From: Phoronis australis
Taxonomy: Eukaryota > Animalia > Phoronida
Reading direction: 5' to 3'
NCBI GenBank assembly: GCA_002633005.1
Contig: NMRA01000274.1
Span: forward strand, 507,375 to 571,374
DNA length: 64,000 nucleotides
The first letter of the stretch is position 1; each line of letters begins with the position of its first letter. The position numbers and the translations under genes were made by a program. Under the pieces are notes generated by a model. It saw nothing but the letters and a program-made list of their open reading frames with translations. It was not told the DNA's origin and did not search any database. Shown here one piece after another: positions 33,361 to 45,422 of the stretch.

Positions 33361-36300
33361 TCTTCTTCTTCAGCGTTCCCGGCCATGTAGCGTAGATAGC
33401 CAGTCTGTTTTTTTGGGCGAAGTCTGCAGTTCGCCGCAATGATGCCGTCGGGCCCCACAGTTTTACCTTGAGTTCCACCGGCCGGACTGGGCCATGTCTG
33501 GCGCCTTAAGGAATCGAACGTAGGGCAGCTCTGCAGTAAATACTCAGGTGTCTGGGGGCCAGTGCCACAGAGGCACTCGTATGTGTGAGAGATTTTAAGG
33601 GCGATGCATGTGGGAGAGCAGCTGGCAGTGGCCGGTTCTTAACCTGAAGATAGTGACGTCCCTGCCGGTCAAGCTGGTGGATATAGTCTTCTTCAGTGCC
33701 CAAACGTAAGCGTACCCTCCAGACATTTCTAAAGTGACTTCGTAGGAGGGTTTTTACTTCTCCATATGATGATGGGTGCGACGTCTGCTCCAGTTTGCTT
33801 CCTGCCTTGGAGAGTCTGTCTGCTTCCTCGTTGGCGCTGATGCCTCAGTGGGAGGGAATCTATTGCAGCACAACACTGGTTTTGCTGCTGAGAATGTGCA
33901 TCTCTTGTTTGATGGATTGCAGGACCTGGTCTCTCTTTGTTGTCTGGAGGCTCTGCAGAAGAGATCGGCAGTCTGTGAAGAAGACTTCTGATCCGGGAGC
34001 CTCGTTTGCTGGTTGAGTGTCTGGGCTGCGAGGTATAGGGCATTTGCCTCAGCTCTGTAGTTGGTGGAGTGAAGGCCCGTGGCAATGGACTTGCGCAGAG
34101 TGTTGCCGTCTGGGTATTTGATGAATACCCCACCTCCCCCATTTCTGACAGCATTCTCTGCAGAGCCATCTGTATGAACTCGGGTCCATGTGGTGGTAGG
34201 GTAGTCTCTGTCTAGGGTGTCTAGGGTGAGGGCCTTCAGGACTGCCTCCAGTTGTGTGTGCTTTGCTTCAATCCCAGGGATGTCGAGAATGATGTGGGGA
34301 ACGTCTTTAAACCTGAAAAAAGTGTTAATCTGATATTTTCTTAAGTCTAATAATACTCAAATCCAAAAGTTCACACACAAACACCTTGGATTACTACTAG
34401 ACCACAAGCTTACATTTACTCCTCACTGTCGCGAACTCGTTCACAAAAGTACAAAAATTAATCAATCCAATTAGAATTATCTCTCGTCATCTCAACTCCA
34501 TGCATCTTGAAACTCTGTTCAAGTCTTTTGTTCTTCCACATCTAGATTGCTGTGACATAATCTACCAATCGGCAAACGCTGGCATACTTCTTCAATTAAA
34601 AAGACTACAATACCAAGCAGCTTTAGCCATAACAGGAGTATACAAAGGATTCAACACAATCAAGGTTCTAAACAGTCTCAACTGGAGCAAACTAGCAACC
34701 CGTCGTAAACTCCACTTGTCCATGTATACATTCAAAGTCTTAACCAACATAAACAATTACTCAAACAAAATCCTCTTTGACTCCTACAAAAGACCCAACA
34801 CGAGACCAGGACTGCGGCAAAGTAATATGCAAACTATTCCATCTTCCCTCAGTCAAGCCTTCAGGAAATCTACCATATTGACTTGTATTGACAACAGGAA
34901 TTCCTTACCATCTAAAATAAAAGAAAGCACTTCAATCGTCTCTCTAAAAATTAACTTTAAAATGCATACTGCTACTCAAGAGTTGCCAGTCCCATTGACA
35001 TTATTCCAACTTCCTCGCAACCATGAAATAATCCTTTACAGATCAAGATGTGGTCTATTCCTAAACAACGAGAAATTTAGACATAATTTTAATAATATTT
35101 CGCCTTTGTGTTGTTGTGGAAACGCACAGACAAATGCTCTAGTTTTCTTTGCTTGTGAGGTATGCAAGGAGCAGAGGGTACAGCTTTTCCAGACACTCGA
35201 ACAATACCCCAATATTTATAAAAATATTCTGAAATTCCGCAAGTGTACAACAAAATTCATTTTTTTTTTCTATATGGAAGTCAAGAACTCAACCCAAATG
35301 AAAATAAGGTTTTATTCGAAATAGTATCAAAATTAAATCTCTTTGTGTGAGTGGATAGAATTGTATAAATGTGTATGAAAATGATTTATTTACTTTCGTA
35401 ATCATATGTCATTGTAATCTTAACAACAATTTATGTATTTGTTTAAAATAATTGTATACAGATTTCTTTTTTATGTATTTGTATAAAATAATTGTATATA
35501 GATTTCTATGTACCTTTTTAACCCAGATATAATGCCTCTTGGCGCTTTCTGGGTTATGTATATTCGTTGTATCGAAGACTTCGTAATAAACATAAAAAAA
35601 CGTCCAGGGACCATTCTTCAAAGTCTTGGAGCATTTCTAGTGGTTGGTTGATTGAGGATAGCAGAGGTTGATGTTTCTGCTGAAGTGCCTTGATGAGGTG
35701 GTTTGGGCTCTGCCTCTTGATGCGGTTTTTGGTTGGGGTTGGAGTTTGGAGTGCAGTGGATGTGATGGAAGCCACTTCATCTTTTCGCCCTGTCTCAGGA
35801 GTTTCTCATCCCGTCTTTCTTCCAACGAGCTTAAGCCTGCCGTCTTCTCCATTTCCGTGATGGGGTGGTCTTCATGCCTCCTGTGATTAAGCGCAGACCA
35901 GCATTCTGGACCCTGGCTAAGTTGTCTGTGTTGGTTTTGGCAGCTGTAGACCATGCGTTAGAGGCATACTCCACCTGGGGTCTGACAGATCCCGTGTAAA
36001 CTTGGGTCATGTTTGCACCCCAACTGATACCAGCAAGTTTCTTCATCACATCAATTTTTTAGTAGCTTTGCTGCGCATGGCAGCAATGTGAGGGGACCAA
36101 GTAAGCCTCTTGTCCAGTTTAACCCCAAGGTAAGCTGGGGTTTCTTGGTGGGGAATATTCTGGCCTTCTAGCTGGAGCGTGAACTCTTCTTTTTTGGGAG
36201 AAAGGGAAAAGCACGTGGCCTCTGTTTTGGTCCTGTTGATCGTGACCATCCACTCTTTTGCCCAGTTTAGGATGATGTCCATGGCTCCCTGCATTCTGTA

Positions 36301-36550
36301 AGCTGCTGTGGTGATGTATTCTGCTTTTGTCCATACAGCCAGTCATCTGCATGGAGAGTCTTTGAAATGTGCATAGACAGGTGGTCAGCAATGTCATCAA
36401 TGAAGACAACAAAGAGTGTCGACGATATTATGCTGCCCTGGGGTACCCCTTCCCTAGTCCTAATCAGCTTGCTTGTCTGTCCTTCCAGCTTTACGCGCTC
36501 AGATCTTTGGAAGAGGTAACTGTTAATCCACGCATACATTTTGCCACATA
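33361..36550 (-). mobile_element. 5'-truncated non-LTR retrotransposon, I/Ingi-Nimb group (RT + RNase H), frameshifted
   Basis: RT motifs GVPQGS, LHADD, YLGVKLDKRLTW; RNase H motifs VHTDGSA, NYRAEA, FFTDC, IPSH*GISANEEAD; (GAA)n 3' tail at 33361; degenerate 16-bp TSD CTTGCAAATTGTCGAT (33345) / CTTGTAAACTGTTGAT (36551). Confidence 0.88.
34306..35598 (+). mobile_element. 5'-truncated CR1/L2-group LINE inserted in the Ingi-like element
   Basis: ORF 34500-35324 (FKSFVLPHLDCCDIIY...QYQAALAITG...LNWSKLATRR...CCCG); AATAAA plus poly(A) at 35585-35600; TSD AACGTC at 34300 and 35599. Confidence 0.85.
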
Positions 36551-39500
36551 CTTGTAAACTGTTGATAAAAATGCTTTCTACACGAACCAGGTCATCTGCT
36601 CGTATTGTTGACGAGTTGAAGATATATGCGACAGTGGTGACTCATCGCATTTTGCTGCCATGTGCAATTAGTCACATCTGGTTGAATTTAGAATATTAAC
36701 ATCAAGCATATTGGCTAGATCCTGATGAGGTAAGGACTACCGGGAACAGTTTGTCATTGATCTGAAAGAATAATTGATATTTTTATTAAAATAAAAAACC
36801 AGGCTCGTAATTGAAAATAAAAATTATTTGACCATCAATTCGTGCTTTCTTGGTTTTGATAATTCTTATACGTCTATATCATGTGTTAGTTTTCAAATAT
36901 CTTCCGGACCAAGTTGAATTTTAATATTAAAACACCCAATTCGTTCGTCCAAACCATAACCTCGTTTTAGTTAGAGCTCAGTTTCAGTTAACTGCACAGA
37001 GCAAGCATAGCCAGTATCATGTTTCTTCACCGTCGGGCTTCGCTCATCCGAGGGGAAAGGTGTCTGTGCCTTCTGAGAGGGGAATTTTTTCGCCGAGTGA
37101 TTGGAAAAATCTACTTCCCGATTACCATCAATAGCAACTCCGCCCTGTTGCAAGCTCTTATAGGCTCTTTCTCAAGTAGTTCTTTCAATTTGTCACCTGT
37201 GTTGTTACATGTGATTTGAACTCAAGAGAGAAATTTTCAATCATTAGGGGAATTTTCAGCCCTCGTGGGGGGAATTTCCGAATTTCGCGTATTTCAAATA
37301 ATTTTGAGAGGGGAGTAGGGCCGATATTTTTTGGCCCCAAAATCGAGGGATTGAGGGCGATGTCCTTTTTAGAAAGAAAAATGCATTGTGTGTCAACTCG
37401 TAGTCATGAAAACACAGCCTGGCTGCGACCGAAGATTCTCCGGTCGTAATTGCTATGATGCTCGGCAACCAAGATGTGACAATTAAAATATGATCTAACT
37501 TTTCGAAAACATTTATAAATTTTACACGGCCATATTTTCCATCGTCGCGGCGTATGGCAACGACCCAACGCTTCCTAATCTCAACGTCCTTAGGGATTGT
37601 AAAACACAGTTGAGAGTGCGTATTTTTTCAGCCGTTCAAGCAACGCGGAATACACTAGTATGCCGATATGCCAACAGAGCTATCGTAGTGAGCCTCGTTT
37701 TGGCACGCGCCTCCTGTCGGCGTGAATTAGGTCCGTCTAGGAAACGATAGTAAATAACGAGTTTTTGATCAATCCGGCTGTAGTTGTGCCCCCTAGTGAC
37801 AGTTTTGTTTTTGTTTACATTTGCCTCTGTGTATCTTTCGAGTTCCTTGATGGATTTTCATGGAATTTAGCATATACATGTAGGTTTCTACTAATGAGAT
37901 AGCGACGCCTTCTCATTTTTAGACGGATTTGATGTATTCTTTGCCACCTAGTGGCAATTTGAAAGATTTTTAGTAAATTTTTGACATCCGCCTTCTTATC
38001 CACCCAAGCGTTCAGAGGATCATAAAAATTGGTAGATATTTTCCTGATGAGAAGACTGACACTGATTGTGGACTGGTTTGACTGCTGTGCCTAGTGGCAA
38101 TTTTTTAGGTCTTTTTTGCGTCATGGCTGAATCTCCTTAACTCTTTGGAGGATCTTTGTGAAATTTGGCTGATTTGTCCGTATACAGGTCTTAACGGATG
38201 CCTATTAGATTTAGATCAACCAATTTGACTTCAGATGTGCACCCTAATGGCACTGTAAGCTTTTTTAAGTTTCCTTCTGAATCTTTGGAGTTCACTGATG
38301 GATTTTTCTGAAATTGGGGCAATATATGTTTCTGTTAAGGCGACAATCATGCCTTTCCATTTTTGGACAGGTTCAATGTATTTTGAGCCACTTTGTGGCT
38401 GTTTTTATTATTTTGAGTTTGTTTTTAGCGTTTGCCCCTTCATGTGCCAAAAGTGCTCAAAGGATTATTATGAATCCATAGCAGTCCAGAGAAGATCATG
38501 GCTGTCATTGATTTTTTGAACGGTTCTGAGACCTGTGGCGTCCCCTTGTGGTGATTTTGTAGTTTTTGTGACCATGGCTACAGCTCCTGATTCCTTTGTA
38601 TGATGTTTGTGAACTTTTGCAGGTGTTTTCCTTTAGATATGACAGTGGTTGCCCATGATTTTGGTCGCCTCTGACTACCGCTATGCCCCCCCCAGTTGCA
38701 ATTCTATTTTGCCTCTTATCTCTTCGGAATTCCTTGATGTTTTTTCATGAAATTCGGAAACAAGTTTTTAGTATGAAGATGGCACCACCTTTCCAATTTT
38801 AGATGGATTCAACACGTCCTATTGAGATTGACATATTCATATACCGTGCGATCAACATATATTTTGCACCGCCTAGTGGTCAAGTCAATTATTTTTTTGA
38901 GCCAATGATAAAGTCAAAATCAACCACTGGTACTGTGGTCTTAGTCCGTTCATGTCATTCAGATGTTGGACATCAGATGAAGTTAACAATGAAAATCTTG
39001 AACAAAAGCGACTTGTTTTAAATAGATGCGCAACAGTCTTTCGCAGTGCATCAAGCACATGTATGGATATTCAGATTGGTTCGAACATGGGCTAATATTC
39101 AGTCATTCTGATTGGCTGATGCTTAGAAATGTATCTGATATTGTTCCATCTAGTGAGAAATGCTTTGCAGAATGTATCATTGCATTGCACACAAGTTTGT
39201 GTTTTTGACGTGCTCATGCAGCATTACTGCATAAAACAAAACAAAATGATTCATTATATGATTCGGGGTCATTCCAAAACGTATGTCTGTACAAAGGGCC
39301 AAACTAAGCTAAAACATGCACAGTGATGCTCACACACGAAATTCTGGATGTCATTGTCATGCTTCAAAGACTTCATCTCAATATAGGTGGCGCTGTGACA
39401 GTAAAACATGAACGTACCATCTGAGGTTGCATCCGGTGTGTGCATCTTTGCGGTTGAGTTGCTAACTCGATACACGTAGATGTGGGTTTGCCGTTTTCAT

Positions 39501-39698
39501 AAAATTAAACTCCATTTTAATTGCCATTGATATCTTTTATGATATTTGCAATAAAAACAAATGTTCTTTTTATAATATGCATTCATAGCAAACAGTTTGA
39601 AAAATTAACTTGCACTAAATAAATGGTAGCTATGCACCTGCTGGTGCATCCCTTAACATTGCCACTATGAATAGTCGGGTGGCAGGCATCTTGTCATT

Positions 39699-42197
39699 TC
39701 AATCTTCCTCCAAACTTGGGGCCTGGTCATGCTGTTGAATGGCATTTTTAAGCCTTTCCCAAAATAATCTTTGTCCTTGTGTGTCATCACTCCATTCCAG
39801 GAGCGTCTTTTTCCGCATCAGGAACCTAAGAATCGGAGTCATGTGTTCAAAGCTGACATCCTCAACAAGTATTATAATCAGTGATTGTCTCGCTTGTTGA
39901 GCATTATGCAGTGCATTAGCATGGGCGAGATTAACTTAAATTGACACCACTCGCTCTTCACAAAGTTCTGCGTGAGCACGACTAAAACTTTTCTGCTTTT
40001 TTCTATGCTCTCTGCTATGTTCTCGGAGATTTCACGGCCCAGTTTGAAGTCTCGTTCATGGACACACATCTTGTAGCCAAAATCGTTCTCAAGTTTGGGC
40101 AAAAGCTGCTGTGTTACCAGATTACTGTCTTCTCCACTGTATGTGATGAAACAATCATAGGTGTACAACAGACGGTTGCTTTCTTCCAAATGACTGGACC
40201 GTCTTGATCGCAATCCAATAGCGAATATACCATCGATGTTTATAAAGTAAGCCAATAACAGCCAAGACGACAATGAACAGACCAAAGCCAGACCCAGAAA
40301 GTATCATCGATGTACGATGACATTCAAAAAATGTTGGTCGGTACTGAAGTAGACATTTGTTTTTCAAATTTGAACAATTGTATGGAATCGAATGTGAGAT
40401 CTTGAGTGTGAAAGTTTTATTGTCATGCTTCTGACGAATCCAATCTACATACCAAGCCAAGTTGCAGTCACAAATATACGGATTAGAAAATGCCTGGAAA
40501 CGCTTCAGAGTGGATAACACTGGTCGGAGAGAGCTTTCATTAATAGTGCGGATTTGGTTCATCGATACGTCCAGTGACCAAAGGTTTTTAAGGTTTTCTA
40601 AGACTACATTGTTCCATCCGGATAGTTGATTTTGTCGTAGAATCAGACGTTCCAGACTTATGAGATCTTTAAACAACCTTTCAGGCAACAACTTCAAGTT
40701 TGTATAACTTAAGTCCAGCACTTTCAATTTGACGAGACCTTGAAACTGGCAGTCTGGTTTCAAGCTGTTACAGATGAGCTGTCGCAGATACACACCATTT
40801 AGGCTCAGATGTTCGAGACTTGTTAGGTTTGCAAAATAGCAAACTGGTCTGGCTTTCCAAGGGTTTCCACTCAACGTCAAGGACTTCATGTTTGTGAGTC
40901 CTGAAAATGTGCTATTTCCAATGCTTTTTATGTCATTATTATTCAACAGAAAATATTTGATTTGCTTAAGTGGGTGTGGTAGATCGTCGCTCAGTCCTTG
41001 TAGCGAGTTGTGTGACGTAAGGTGATCTAGTCCGGAAAAAGGAGACCGTCCATATACCTTTTCAGCTTTTATGACGTGGTTGAAAGTTAGGTCAATGAAT
41101 TGTATTTTTGGAAGAAATGAATTTCCTTTCTCATTAGCAAAGATGGGCAAGTGTAGAACGTTACACTTGCATAGCAATAAAATTCTTAATGTAGTCAATC
41201 CTTGGAGTGCTTTGGGCTCGAAGGAAGTCAGCTTACGATTCTTTATCATGTTCAGAATAGACAAATGGCTCTGGTTGATAAATGTATTGTCCTCAAGTTT
41301 TCGGAACTTGTTTCCAGAAATATCCAGAAAGGTCAATTGTCTGAAGCACAAAAAAGTCTCGGTGATATTCTTGAGATTTGTACGACTCGTCCCAAGTTGC
41401 CTTATTGGTGCTTGGCAAAGCTGTTGCAACATTAGGTCAATAGATTTCTTTGACATGGATAAGCTGTTCTCAGATATGTTCAGCTCTTGAAGATGCGTGA
41501 GTCCGGCAAATGTTCCAACTTCAATGTGTGAAATGTTACTTCCCTGGAGGTTGAGTTGCTTCAGTTTGAAATATCTGATTGTCAAGAAACTGCTGTTTGT
41601 CAAAGAACTCAGGTTGTTTTGACCAATGCTTAGTTGTTTCAGTTCTGTCAAGCTTCGAAAACCTTCTCCCAAAGTTGAGTTGGTAATCAGATTTCTATCC
41701 AAGTTCAGTTCCGAGAGCTTTTTAAGCTTAGTCAATACCTGATCAGGTATACGAGTCAGACGTGTTCTTTCGAGTGAAAGTATCTTTAAGGTTTCGGCAC
41801 CATTAAAAGTTCCTGTGAAGGTGTTATTGAGATAACGCAGGTTATTCCAAGAGAGGTCAATAGTTTGAACATTTTGTAATCCAGAAAATGCATTCTCTTC
41901 GATAAAACTGATACTGCTGTTCTTCAGGTGCAGAAATTTCAGCTGTGTCAGATTAGGGAACGAGTTCTCCCTCAATATCTGCAGTACGCTGTTGTTCAAA
42001 ATAAGGTGCCGAGTGTCGGTTGGAATGTCCAATGGAATTTCTCTCAGAGGCTTCTTTTGGTATCTGCCATCGCATATCACATGCTTCGTTCGTGGGTTAC
42101 ACATGCAATTTGTTGGACAGTTTCCACCTGTCACCCCATTGATCACTTGCAATACAATGGCTACCAGAGTCACCAACAGTGACTTCTTCACGTTCAT
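39699..42197 (-). pseudogene. Toll-like receptor C: open 680-aa signal-LRR-TM ORF (40155-42197) with frameshifted TIR; pseudogene or TIR-less decoy
   Basis: 8-nt deletion at ~40214 (RYWI|AIKT) and 1-nt deletion at ~39937 relative to A and B. Ectodomain indels are all in frame. The ancestral stop is at 39699-39701. Confidence 0.88.
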
Positions 42198-43258
42198 CGC
42201 TCAGTACATAAATGCCTACCTGTGTCGAGAACCAGTTGCTCTTGTGTGTGTGTGTTTTCTTTCGTTGTATCTGAATCGTTTCGTCAACGCAAATTGAAGT
42301 CATCTGGATACTTAAAGACTGATGAGTCATCTCTCAGTTTCAAGTATGCTAAGTAAACATGAACTTCGGAGTTGACTATTAGAGATCTTTTCCCTGGATG
42401 GATGCGGTGAAGCTTTGATAATCTATTGAAAGTCAGGGATCAGGTCTATCCGATTCTCAGTTTTGTTTCTAAAATTAGTCCTTAAATTGTTACTTGTGCC
42501 ACTTGTTGACTGAAACGGCTTAACTGCATAAGTAGGGTGTTAACATCTGTTATAAAAAGTCGTCAGTACCCTATATGTGCTTAAATTGGCATTGTGGGCA
42601 AATATCACAGAATCAACAAGGGTGTTGGGGTATTTCAGGACGTGACCATGACTTTCGTATGACGTGTACTATACCACAGTTTGATTTCTTTAAGAATTTA
42701 CAGTGTTTTTAATCTGGGATACTAATTCTTCCCAAACAAATGTACTACAAATAGTAATTACCATGGCACCAGTGCCCCATGATTGCCCGGCATTGTGGAT
42801 AATTATCACAGAATTAAAGAAGGGTGTAGTGTTATTTCAGGACGTGACAATATTGACTTTTGTATTAAACGGCGGTAAGATTTCTTTAAAGATTTAGAAC
42901 GATCTTTTCAATCTAGGAAACTAGTTGTCAGACAATTGCAGTACTAGTGACATACCCAGGAGTCTGCTTTATGACAAGGGACTTAAGACTATGACAAAGA
43001 TTTGGTTTTACGCTCCACGTATAAATACTTCTGAAAAATAAATCGCACTTCACCAAACGTGTAAAGCCTCTGAGAATATAAACATAACTAGTAGTTACTG
43101 ATATATTTTTTTCAAGTACATCTAGACTGCGTCGCGCTCATAATTCCTTGGCTAAACCTTTATCTAACAATTGTAAAGTGGAGAGCTTAACACTTTTGTG
43201 AAACGGACCCCAGGTCATGTATTTTATTTCAATCATCTTTTTGTTTTTGTCTTTGCAG

Positions 43259-43359
43259 TGTCATATAACCACCCACATCTTCTCTATACCACTATGATTG
43301 AAATGTGTTATGGAGTTCAATATTCGATTTCAAACTTTAGGAGAAACCTCATCACTTAA
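43259..43359 (+). pseudogene. Diverged orphan copy of ARV1 terminal exon
   Basis: Intact TTTGCAG acceptor, same 101-nt length and stop; VSYNHPHLLYTTMIEMCYGVQYSISNFRRNLIT*; flanks match 22170-22950. Confidence 0.8.
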
Positions 43360-43526
43360 TGGTCGGCTCCACAAGTCAAATGTGTTCATTTGCTGAGCAA
43401 GGCGAGCATCCTGCATCCTCGATGTGCAAGTTTATTGGATATGTTCGAGTACAAATGAATGCCATTGCTCCGAAGTACAACTACAGTATTATTTAAATTC
43501 TGTGGTATACACCCACAATGTTGCAC

Positions 43527-43656
43527 TATAGGCGGATTTAGGGGGGGGGCAGGTGCAGGCCAGGCTTTTAGTACAAAGTCCACGTGCCCAGAACTTAGGC
43601 TGACTGCGCGAGACAATATGTTGCCCCCCCCTTATGATATCCTAGATCCGCCATTG
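43527..43656. mobile_element. hAT-like MITE insertion
   Basis: GGCGGATTTAG...CTAGATCCGCC termini; absent from the homologous sites at ~22670 and ~27522. Confidence 0.75.
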
Positions 43657-43918
43657 TGAACATCCATCAGAAACTTGTCAAAATCATTAGTGCTTCTCTC
43701 GTGACCCACTGTTTTGCGTCGGATTTCTTTCTATAGTTGACCCTCTAGTGCCTTTGCATTGAAACTGCTTCACAGTGCATTGCCATGACGACGATTTCCC
43801 AAGCTGTATAATTATCATTGGAAGTGCATTGTGGCTTTCGTTTGTCCTGCTCCTTTCAAAAGTTCACACCATTTTGGAAACTAAGTTAATTTTAAGACAA
43901 GCCCAATTCAGGATAGTG

Positions 43919-44950
43919 CAGTACTTGTCAACGGGATTGTATTGTATCTTTCCCGCACAGATCTTCTCTCTCAACAGGAATCCAAATTTTTTGCGCACGT
44001 GAAAACCGCGAATCGAAGACTACTTAAAAAAATTGACCAGTGTTAGCACGCAGCCAAGAAGCGCGCGCTAGATAATGGTACCACGGCTGTCATGGAAGAC
44101 ACTTAGTCGGGAACTATTTATTCATGAAACGGGTAACATAGCATCGGCAAGAAAATAATATTGGTTATAATTTCCGAAAGTTTCTAATACCGTAAAAAAA
44201 CTTTTGAATTATTTTTAAGAGAAATTAATTTAATTAATCATCATTGGTGTTTTTAAAGCCAAAATGACCCACTGATAGAGAACACTTTCGCGCCTTTACG
44301 GCCCCGAATCTCCCGGAAATAATTGTTACACTACGGTCGGCGAGATTTAGCCCTGGGATTTCAGCACAATTTTATGAAAAATGATAGTAATTTTAACAAC
44401 GAAGTTTTATAGCAATGCACCACAATTTTGTAGAAAGTAACTATAATGTGGACTTTGTCTTAACACTGACGTTAATGCATAGTGTGCGTTAAGTAAGTCG
44501 ACAGAACTGGTGATTATGCAGTGGCATTATCTTCAAAATTGCTCAGATCGGCAAAGTTCTGGTCAAGCGAAAACTAATTTTTCTTCACTGCCCTCCGCCG
44601 TGGAGTATTTGTTGCTGTTGCTTTCAAGGGAAATCTTCTAAGGAAGTTTCCAAGATACGTTTTCTTGCCGCACTCAAAATGAGCGCTGCATACTTTATGC
44701 CACGAAGTCGGAAAGAATTCACTAAGTCGGCCTTTGCTACCAGCTCTACCGATGTGTCTGACCCATTTTTTACGCAGTTCTTGATCCTTGGGAAACAGGA
44801 AGTAACTAAATTCTTCATCTCGCTAACTGATATTATAACAGCCAGGCACACAACACGCCGCACGCTTGCTGACTTACTTCATTGTTTACTGACGTTGTAA
44901 CCGCAATGCAACATTCTAACCCATCTCCAATATGGCGGTGTTGCAACTCC
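43919..44950. mobile_element. ~1-kb insertion of unknown class
   Basis: Interrupts homology to the ARV1 3' flank between GGATAG and GCTATT (contiguous at ~22938-22951). Confidence 0.5.
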
Positions 44951-45422
44951 GCTATTGAAAGTAGGGCTTGGATTCTGTTTCATGAAAAGTGGTCTTCCCT
45001 CCACACAGCTATATCTGAAAAATAATTAAATCTCACTCTAGCAAAATCTTAGATCTCTGAGAATACGCACGCTTGTTACTGATATAGTTTGTACCAATTA
45101 TTTCTAGACTGTGATATATATATAGTATATTTGCATGGCTAAGCCTTTATTGTGTAATTGTGGAGTTTCACGAAAACTAGCTAAAAGTGAAAGTCAGAAA
45201 ATCCGTCTACAACTCGAAGTTAAAAACAGGAATTTATAGTCTGCTCTTCTAGACAGAAGGCAAAACGTTTAGTGAAAGACAAAAAATCAACTTCTGGCTA
45301 TTGTAGTCAGATTTCTGATTTCTGACCATTAGTCTCTTGGAGAAACATGCCCCTGGTGTATCATCACCATTCCATGGCTCTGGTGGGTAGTTAAGTGACA
45401 CAGTTAAACCTCTTCAATTTAG

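Larger units (their letters stand above)
33023..37726. mobile_element. TIR DNA transposon derivative (superfamily unresolved) hosting two retroelements
   Basis: Inverted CCAAAGCGAGGCTCACTGCGATA (33045-33067) and TATCGTAGTGAGCCTCGTTTTGG (37681-37703), outer TTCACGC/GCGTGAA; coding relic LTKGYKFFSENKV at ~33215. Confidence 0.6.
32640..38890. repeat. Degenerate ~150-bp tandem array (units with TTTCATGAAATTTGG-like and GCCCCCTAGTGG-like cores), split by nested insertions
   Basis: Cores at ~32788, 32945, then 37788, 37944, 38088, 38240, 38388, 38540, 38686, 38868. A related array lies at 48590-49240. Confidence 0.6.

Noticed and set aside
34500-35324. 274-aa host gene
   Set aside because: It is the C-terminal part of a CR1-group LINE ORF2, with poly(A) tail and TSD.
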